A stretch of 64,000 bases of DNA, from the NCBI GenBank assembly GCA_017455585.1, contig JAFSZU010000028.1, positions 3,220 through 67,219 of the forward strand, written 5' to 3'. Source of the DNA: Bacteroidaceae bacterium (GTDB taxonomy: Bacteria > Bacteroidota > Bacteroidia > Bacteroidales > Bacteroidaceae). The position numbers and the translations under genes were made by a program. The notes under the pieces were generated by a model, which made no database searches, was not told where the DNA came from, and saw only the letters and a list, made by a program, of their open reading frames with translations. Shown piece by piece: positions 6,471 to 12,324 of the stretch; position 1 is the first letter of the stretch, and each line of letters starts with the position of its first letter.

Positions 6471-9400
6471 TTATCTTTTCTTCGGGTTCTTGTTGAAGTG
6501 CCAGACGGCGTGGAGCATGACGTAGTGGGGGAGGGAGCGGTACCAGGTGACGGTGCGGCCCTGGGCATTGATGCTGTAGTCGATGGGCGACAGCTGGTGC
6601 AGGAGGTCGAAGGCCTGGAGACTGAGGATGAACCTGCCCTTTGCCAGGGACTGGCTGAGGGAGGCGTTGACAACGAAGTTGTTTCGGTTGAGGTCGGCTG
6701 TGCCGTAGCCGCGACGGCTGAACATGGTGCCGTCGGCGGCGAGGGTGAGGCCTCCGAACCTGGTGCCCCAGAGGGCGGGTGTGGTGTAGGTGGCTTCGAG
6801 TCCGTACTGGAAGTCGAGGGCGGAAAGGGAAGACCCACCCCCTGCCCCTCCCGTGAGGGAGGGGAGTGGCTGCGCAGAGTGCCGCCAGTTGATTGACCCC
6901 ACAGCGCGGACGTTCAAGGTCTTGCGGTTGTAGCGGATGTTCGCTCCGCTGTTGAGACCGAGGGTATTCACGGTGTTGACACTGCTCTCGTTTTCGCCCT
7001 CCAGCAAGGCGTGGTCCTTGGAATGATTCCAGTCTGCACCTGCGTCGAGATGCCACGTCCAGTAGCGCTTCTCGCCGATGGTGCGGTTGGTGCCGAAGTT
7101 GGCGCGGGCGGCGTAGGCGCCGCTGATGTTCATGGGTTTGTAGGTGCTGATGCCGGTGGCGGGGTCGTAGGTCAGGGACTGTGCGATGTCGCGATGGTGG
7201 TAGTCGAAGGAGGCAGAGAGGTTGTAGGAGTCGTTTCGCGGCCCGGTGCTGTCATAGTATCTGATGTTGAAGGTCGTCTTTGCCGTGGGTTTCAGGTCGG
7301 GGTTGCCCAGCTTGACGATGAGGGGCTGGCTGTCGTCGCGGAAGGTGATGCGGTCCAGCAGGAGGGTGCGCTCCTGGCTGAAGCCGACATTGAAGTTGAG
7401 GTCTCGCCGCCCGCCTTTCCACACGTTGCGATAGCGGAACGTGGCTTTAGGCAGGAACACGGTCTGGCGTGCCAGCGTGTCCAGCGTGCCGCGGTGGTAG
7501 TGGAGGCGTTCGCCGGACAGCGGCGTGCCCACCTCCAGCGCAAACCGCTGGTAGCTGATTTTGGCGTGGAACTGCGGATGCACATAGTAGGCGTTCTTGT
7601 AGAACATGAGACCCACGTCGTTGCTCCAGTCGCGGTCGCGGCTGTCATAGGAGTTCGCGGCATCGGTGATGGCGGTCAGGGCGTCAAGCTGCGAGGGGAG
7701 GAGGGGGGACAGGGAGGTGTCCTCGGCGGGAAAACCGCCGAGCACCAACGCATCGGGCTGTGAAGGACTGCCGGGCACCAACGGGGAGGTACCTTCGGGA
7801 GCGCTCGGCTTTGCCGCTTCGCTTTGCGAAGAACCCTCGGGAACGGTAACGGGGTGGTAGAGGTAGTCGCGGTTGTGCTGGCGGCGGCTGAAGAACCCGT
7901 CGCTGATGCCTATGCGCAGGGCGTTGGGCAGTTCCCATTGGTATCCCATGCGGCCGAGAAACCATGTGCTGCGGTTGAAGAGCGTGTTGGAGTTGTGGGT
8001 GGCTCCCCCATTCTCCTCCGAGGGGGTGGCCGTTCTTGTTTCATACCTTGTCGCACGCTCGCTCTCGTCGTTGCTGTGTTCAAAGTGGAAGAAGTATTCT
8101 AAATGCTTCTTGTCCTTGCCCACATTGAAGGATCCCTGAACATCGAATATAGCATTCCACGCCCGCCCCTCGCTGACGCCCACGGTGCGCTGGCTGACGG
8201 TGAGGCTGTCGCTCCACTGGTCGAAGGCGGAGTTGAACGAGCCGTCGCGACTGGCGTAGCTGTAACGGGCCAGGGAGTAGAGATAGAAGGGCTTGGACAG
8301 CGACAGCGTGTTGTTCAGGCTGAGCCTGCGGTTGCCCGCGCGGTTGAAGGACTCGGTGACGGACGTGGGTGTGCAGCCGTCGATGAACTGTTCGCGGCGC
8401 TGCTGCACGGTCTGCTCGTCGGTCGAAGAGGTGTAATCAGCGCTGAATGTCTCCTTCAGTTTGTCGCCCTTGGTCTGGTAGTTGAGTTCTCCGGCCACGC
8501 TGCGCGTCGTCAGCAGCGATCGCGGCTGGCGCGCCGGGTTCCACTGGTCGGACTGCCCGATATGGCGACCCTCGTTGACGTTATTCGCGTTGGCCAGGAG
8601 CGTGAAGCGCAGACGGTCGGTGAAGCCGAGGAGGAAGCCACGGGCAAGCCACCGCTCCTGAGTGCCTCCTGCCGCTTCTACATTGCCGATGTAGCCTTGG
8701 CTGTATTCGTCCTTCAGGTTCACGTCCATCACATAGCGGCGCGGCTCCACGTCGTAGCCCAGTGCCACGCTCTTGTCGGTCTGCTTCTCATAGACCTTCA
8801 GGTTCTTCACGGTGTAGTACGGCAGGTTCTCCAACAGCACCTTCTTGTTGCCGCCGAAGAACGAGCGGGAGCCGAGCAGCAGCTCATCCACCTTGCGCCC
8901 GTTGACGAATATCTCGCCGTCGACGTTCATGGTCACGCCCGGCAGCTGGCGGATGAGGTCGTCGAGCATGGAGCCGTCGGGCAGCCGGAAGGCCGTGGCG
9001 TCGTAGATGAGCGTGTCGCCGCGGTAGAACATCTTGATCTTGGTGGCCGTGACGGTCACCTCACGCATGGTCTTGGTCGTACCGCGGCGCATCTTCAATG
9101 TGGGCACTTCCACACCGTCCTCAGGCAAGGGACGGGGGATGGTCACCCGTTGCCACACGTCGTCGTAGCCCTCCTGGCTGGCGCGGACGAGGTACTGCGA
9201 CTCGGCGGCACTCACTTCGGCGTTGAACTGTGCCCGAACCATCTTCATACCGCTTCCGTAGAAGACAACGATTTGTGCGGAATCCACCACCACGCTGCTG
9301 TCCGCGCGCAGGATGGAAACCTTTGCATAGGGCAGCGGCATCTCCAGGAAACCGTCCTCCACACAGCCTGAGAGGTGCACCGTCTTGCCTGTGAGGTCTC

Positions 9401-9716
9401 GTTCAGGCTTGTACTGTACAAAGATCTGCTTGCCCCTCGTCTTCACCTTCACGGGCTGTCCCTTGCATACCCGCGCCACCGCCTTGTCGGCTCTGAGATT
9501 CTTGGACGGCCGTGCCGAGACGCGCAGGTGTTCCAGATTGTTGTGGATGAAGTGGATGGCGTATTCTGTCTGCGCTGTTGCCAAAGAGTCAAGGGCAGTG
9601 GCGAGGGAAGACTCTTCCCCCGCCCTCCCTTGTAGGGAGGGAGAGGTTACTTGTGCGGATAGGGGAAATAACGCTGTCGCAAGGACATATATAATAAGGT
9701 ATAACCGTTTCATCAC
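6471..9716 (-). CDS. outer-membrane beta-barrel receptor (TonB-dependent-receptor-like), module 2
   Basis: 1081-aa paralogue of 1994-5176 with the same layout: signal peptide MMKRLYLIIYVLATALFPLSAQ and plug-like VTVTATKIKMFYRGDTLIYDATAFRLPDGSMLDDLIRQLPGVTM. Confidence 0.75.
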   Translation of the reverse strand: MMKRLYLIIYVLATALFPLSAQVTSPSLQGRAGEESSLATALDSLATAQTEYAIHFIHNNLEHLRVSARPSKNLRADKAVARVCKGQPVKVKTRGKQIFVQYKPERDLTGKTVHLSGCVEDGFLEMPLPYAKVSILRADSSVVVDSAQIVVFYGSGMKMVRAQFNAEVSAAESQYLVRASQEGYDDVWQRVTIPRPLPEDGVEVPTLKMRRGTTKTMREVTVTATKIKMFYRGDTLIYDATAFRLPDGSMLDDLIRQLPGVTMNVDGEIFVNGRKVDELLLGSRSFFGGNKKVLLENLPYYTVKNLKVYEKQTDKSVALGYDVEPRRYVMDVNLKDEYSQGYIGNVEAAGGTQERWLARGFLLGFTDRLRFTLLANANNVNEGRHIGQSDQWNPARQPRSLLTTRSVAGELNYQTKGDKLKETFSADYTSSTDEQTVQQRREQFIDGCTPTSVTESFNRAGNRRLSLNNTLSLSKPFYLYSLARYSYASRDGSFNSAFDQWSDSLTVSQRTVGVSEGRAWNAIFDVQGSFNVGKDKKHLEYFFHFEHSNDESERATRYETRTATPSEENGGATHNSNTLFNRSTWFLGRMGYQWELPNALRIGISDGFFSRRQHNRDYLYHPVTVPEGSSQSEAAKPSAPEGTSPLVPGSPSQPDALVLGGFPAEDTSLSPLLPSQLDALTAITDAANSYDSRDRDWSNDVGLMFYKNAYYVHPQFHAKISYQRFALEVGTPLSGERLHYHRGTLDTLARQTVFLPKATFRYRNVWKGGRRDLNFNVGFSQERTLLLDRITFRDDSQPLIVKLGNPDLKPTAKTTFNIRYYDSTGPRNDSYNLSASFDYHHRDIAQSLTYDPATGISTYKPMNISGAYAARANFGTNRTIGEKRYWTWHLDAGADWNHSKDHALLEGENESSVNTVNTLGLNSGANIRYNRKTLNVRAVGSINWRHSAQPLPSLTGGAGGGSSLSALDFQYGLEATYTTPALWGTRFGGLTLAADGTMFSRRGYGTADLNRNNFVVNASLSQSLAKGRFILSLQAFDLLHQLSPIDYSINAQGRTVTWYRSLPHYVMLHAVWHFNKNPKKR
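6831..6878. repeat. GC-rich hairpin element inside receptor-2 CDS
   Basis: AGACCCACCCCCTGCCCCTCCCGTGAGGGAGGGGAGTGGCTGCGCAG. This is a near-consensus copy. Confidence 0.8.
7719..7750. repeat. CGG hairpin type 1 in receptor-2 CDS
   Basis: GTCCTCGGCGGGAAAACCGCCGAGCACCAACG. Confidence 0.65.
7828..7854. repeat. PEG box (encodes PVTVPEGS) in receptor-2 CDS
   Basis: GAAGAACCCTCGGGAACGGTAACGGGG. Confidence 0.7.
9609..9650. repeat. GC-rich hairpin element in receptor-2 N-terminus
   Basis: AGACTCTTCCCCCGCCCTCCCTTGTAGGGAGGGAGAGGTTAC. Confidence 0.65.
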
Positions 9717-9737
9717 TCAATCAATTTTAGAAGGTGA

Positions 9738-9775
9738 CTACTCCTTCCCTTTGAGGGAAGGTGAGGGGAGGGTCT
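9738..9775. repeat. GC-rich hairpin element forming the last codons and stop of anti-sigma-2
   Basis: CTACTCCTTCCCTTTGAGGGAAGGTGAGGGGAGGGTCT. The CTA at 9738-9740 is the TAG stop on the minus strand. Confidence 0.65.
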
Positions 9776-10319
9776 TAACAAACACAGTGTCTCTTTCTTC
9801 CGTCACCTGTAAACCGTCGAACTCATTGAGCATGGTGATGAACGTCGCCAGAGAATCCTCGCGGTCCCACGTGATGGTGAAGCGCAGGTTGCGCGATGCC
9901 TCGTCGAGGAACTGCACCTGCTGCTTGTAGTGCGCCGCCACCACAGAGAGAATGCTGTCCAAGCGGACGTCGGAGAAACGGACGGGCGAAGCCCCCCGTA
10001 GCCCCCCGGTGGGGGGCGTTTGAAGACTGCCAACCTTTTCATCCCCCACTGGGGGATTATAAGGGGTCAGGATTTGTATGCTTGCCCACGCCAGCGCGCC
10101 GAGGAAGACGGCGGCGATGAGGATGGCAGCCATGCGGCGGTAACGATTGAGTCTAAGGAGGAACGGATTTTCGGATGCAGTCCCCCTCTCTTGCGTCCTC
10201 AGTTCCAGAGACTTCTCCATCAGTTGATCTACAAAGTCCTCGGAGTGTGGTGACGATGGCGGTGTGATGCGGCGGAGGGCATCACGCAGGTCGGAATGAG
10301 TGTTGTTCATTGTTCTCAA
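9738..10319 (-). CDS. anti-sigma factor (single TM, FecR_C-like), module 2
   Basis: Paralogue of 5173-5793 (AAILIAAVFLGALAWASIQIL; FSDVRLDSILSVVAAHYKQQVQF). The start could be the ATG at 10310 (MNNTHSDL). It overlaps the 3' end of the sigma gene. Confidence 0.6.
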   Translation of the reverse strand: MRTMNNTHSDLRDALRRITPPSSPHSEDFVDQLMEKSLELRTQERGTASENPFLLRLNRYRRMAAILIAAVFLGALAWASIQILTPYNPPVGDEKVGSLQTPPTGGLRGASPVRFSDVRLDSILSVVAAHYKQQVQFLDEASRNLRFTITWDREDSLATFITMLNEFDGLQVTEERDTVFVKTLPSPSLKGKE

Positions 10320-10914
10320 TGTTTAGGATAAGTGAGTAGAGTTTGCGGCGCAGACGATACAGGCGGCTGTAGAGGGCATCTGCTTCAGTGCCGAGGATGT
10401 AGGCTATGTCAGCCACGCCACGTTCCTCGGCATACCGCATGTAGAGCAGGTTGCGCTCCTCGTCCGTCAGGGTGGCGAGGGCTCGTGTCAGGCTCTCCAC
10501 GCGGTCGGGGCGTCCTGTGGAGAAAGCGGCATCCAGCTCCGCCTCCGATACGTCGGCCAGTTCAATGGTGTGTCTGGCAACAGCTGGCGCATCTATGGGC
10601 AACGTCGGCACTTGTGGATGCAACCGCAAGTGATTCAGGGCTGTGTTATAGGCGATGCGACTGAGCCACGTCGGCAGCGAGGCACGCGCGGGGTCATAGC
10701 TGTCGAGTCCCTGAAATACCTTCAGCAAAGTATCCTGCAATACCTCCTCTGCCTCGGCGGCATGGTGTATCATGCCGCGGATCAGCGTCAGCAGTTGCTG
10801 CCCGTAGGCATCGACCAGCGTCTGGCAGGCACCGCGGTCACCAGCCCTGGCGGCACGTATCATCTGTATGTCATCTGTCTGTGTCATTCTACTCATATAT
10901 ACAACCTGCATCAT
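10282..10914 (-). CDS. ECF (sigma-70 family) RNA polymerase sigma factor, module 2
   Basis: Region 2 AEEVLQDTLLKVFQGLDSYD..WLSRIAYNTALNHLR. Region 4 ERGVADIAYILGTEADALYSRLYRLRRKL. The exact start is uncertain because there are several N-terminal Met codons. Confidence 0.8.
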   Translation of the reverse strand: MMQVVYMSRMTQTDDIQMIRAARAGDRGACQTLVDAYGQQLLTLIRGMIHHAAEAEEVLQDTLLKVFQGLDSYDPARASLPTWLSRIAYNTALNHLRLHPQVPTLPIDAPAVARHTIELADVSEAELDAAFSTGRPDRVESLTRALATLTDEERNLLYMRYAEERGVADIAYILGTEADALYSRLYRLRRKLYSLILNIENNEQHSFRPA

Positions 10915-10979
10915 GGAATCTGACGCTGCGACACACCTTTTTCACAAACTTTAAGTTTTATATCCTCGTCTATGAACTG

Positions 10980-11014
10980 AAAAGCCCCGCTGCATCATTA
11001 TGACGCAACGGGGC
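10980..11014 (-). terminator. intrinsic terminator after AGE epimerase gene
   Basis: 15-bp stem GCCCCGTTGCGTCAT-A-ATGATGCAGCGGGGC (two G-U pairs) followed by TTTTC on the minus strand. Confidence 0.65.
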
Positions 11015-11074
11015 AGGATGTCTATGCGTACAACTGTTCTTGTCGTTACTGTGTTCGGAGGGAGAGAGAACAGT

Positions 11075-12307
11075 TTATGAGCGTGACGCAAGGTCTTCGA
11101 GAATCTTCCAGACGTTGAGGAGGCCGCGGGGGACGTGGAAGCAGCCTTTCCACTTGCCGCCCTTGAGGGGCAGGAGAACTTCGCCCTGGCGGTTGAGATA
11201 ACCATACCATTCGGGATAGTCGGGGTCGCGGAAATGGGTCCAGGTGTAGTCGTGAACGCGCTGGAACCAATCGAGACAGCGCTGGTCGCCCGTGAGTTGA
11301 TAGCCCTTGATGAGGGAGATGAGGGTCTCGAGGTGCACCCACCAGAGCTTCTGGTCCCATTCGAGTTCATGGCGCGGGTGGCCGAGTCGGTCCATGAAGT
11401 AGAAGATGCCGCCGAACTCCTTGTCCCAACCGTATTCGACTTCCTGCAGACAGATATCGACCGCTTTCTGGATGAGCTCGGGACGGTTGAGACGCTTGCC
11501 CAGGTCCATGACGAACCACATGGCCTCGATGGCGTGGCCGGGATTGAGCTTGCGACCGTCGAAGCAATCGACGAGGTTGCCGTCCTTGCCCAGGGCTTCC
11601 ACGATGAGACCGAGTTCAGGACGATAGAAGACATCCAAGACCTCGTGCAGGCAGTCGTCGATGGCTTTCTGCAGGAAGGCGGGGTCGAGGAGGGATTCTA
11701 TCTCCAATGAGACATTGCAGAGGATCATGGGGAGGTCGAAGGTCTTTAGGGCACGGGCACCAGGTGAGGCTTTTGACCATTTGCCCTTGGGGTTATCGAC
11801 CTTGGAGAGAACGATGTCGAAGGTGCGACGGGCAATGGAAGCGTACTCGGTGGAGAGCTCAGCGGCGGGGAAACCGCCGCATACCAATGAGGGCGAAGCT
11901 TTGGCGGCAGTGGCGAGGGCAATGCTCAATTGTCCGAAGGCGATGGTGGCGAAGGTGTAGGAGAAGATGTTGTAGGGCTCCACGAGGGGATGGCCTTCAC
12001 GGTCGAGGGCAAAGTACCAGTTGAGGTTGCCGTCGTGACCGTGCTTCTTCAGGAACTCGGCACCCTGAACAGCGGCATCGAGCCATTCCTGACGGGGCTC
12101 CACGGTGTTGTAGAGTTTGGAAAACATCCATACCTCGCGGCCTTGCAGCCAGATGAACTTGTCGGTGTCATAAACTGAGCCGTCTCGGTCGAGGCAGGTG
12201 AAATAGCCGCCAAATTCGGTGTCCTGGGACTTATTGAGCCAGAAGGGAACAACCCTATCAAGTAATTCAGAGCGATATTGCTCCGCCAATTGTTTGAAAT
12301 CTATCAT
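11075..12307 (-). CDS. N-acylglucosamine 2-epimerase (AGE / renin-binding-protein family)
   Basis: VPFWLNKSQDTEFGGYFTCLDRDGSVYDTDKFIWLQGREVWMFSKLY and WWVHLETLISLIKGY are typical AGE-family blocks. It sits beside nanA and a sialate transporter. Confidence 0.8.
   Translation of the reverse strand: MIDFKQLAEQYRSELLDRVVPFWLNKSQDTEFGGYFTCLDRDGSVYDTDKFIWLQGREVWMFSKLYNTVEPRQEWLDAAVQGAEFLKKHGHDGNLNWYFALDREGHPLVEPYNIFSYTFATIAFGQLSIALATAAKASPSLVCGGFPAAELSTEYASIARRTFDIVLSKVDNPKGKWSKASPGARALKTFDLPMILCNVSLEIESLLDPAFLQKAIDDCLHEVLDVFYRPELGLIVEALGKDGNLVDCFDGRKLNPGHAIEAMWFVMDLGKRLNRPELIQKAVDICLQEVEYGWDKEFGGIFYFMDRLGHPRHELEWDQKLWWVHLETLISLIKGYQLTGDQRCLDWFQRVHDYTWTHFRDPDYPEWYGYLNRQGEVLLPLKGGKWKGCFHVPRGLLNVWKILEDLASRS
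11857..11889. repeat. CGG hairpin type 1 in AGE epimerase CDS
   Basis: GCTCAGCGGCGGGGAAACCGCCGCATACCAATG. Encodes ..VCGGFPAAELS.. Confidence 0.6.
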
Positions 12308-12324
12308 ATAAGTATTGTGTTAAG

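Noticed and set aside
6340-7056. 238-aa minus-strand ORF overlapping the 3' end of receptor 2 and the spacer.
   Set aside because: It is out of frame with the real gene and is Arg/Pro/His-rich. Part of it is simply the repeat element read in another frame (LCAATPLPHGRGRGWV).
8103-9371. 422-aa plus-strand ORF, together with 7011-7763, 6498-6896 and similar ORFs, lying antisense to receptor 2.
   Set aside because: These are shadow ORFs typical of GC-rich coding DNA. Their composition is rich in Ala, Gly, Val, Asp and Glu, they have no family motifs, and they lie entirely within a well-supported minus-strand gene.
11135-12024. Several plus-strand ORFs of 100-190 aa within the AGE epimerase gene.
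   Set aside because: They are antisense shadows with no motifs, and the minus-strand AGE assignment is strong.
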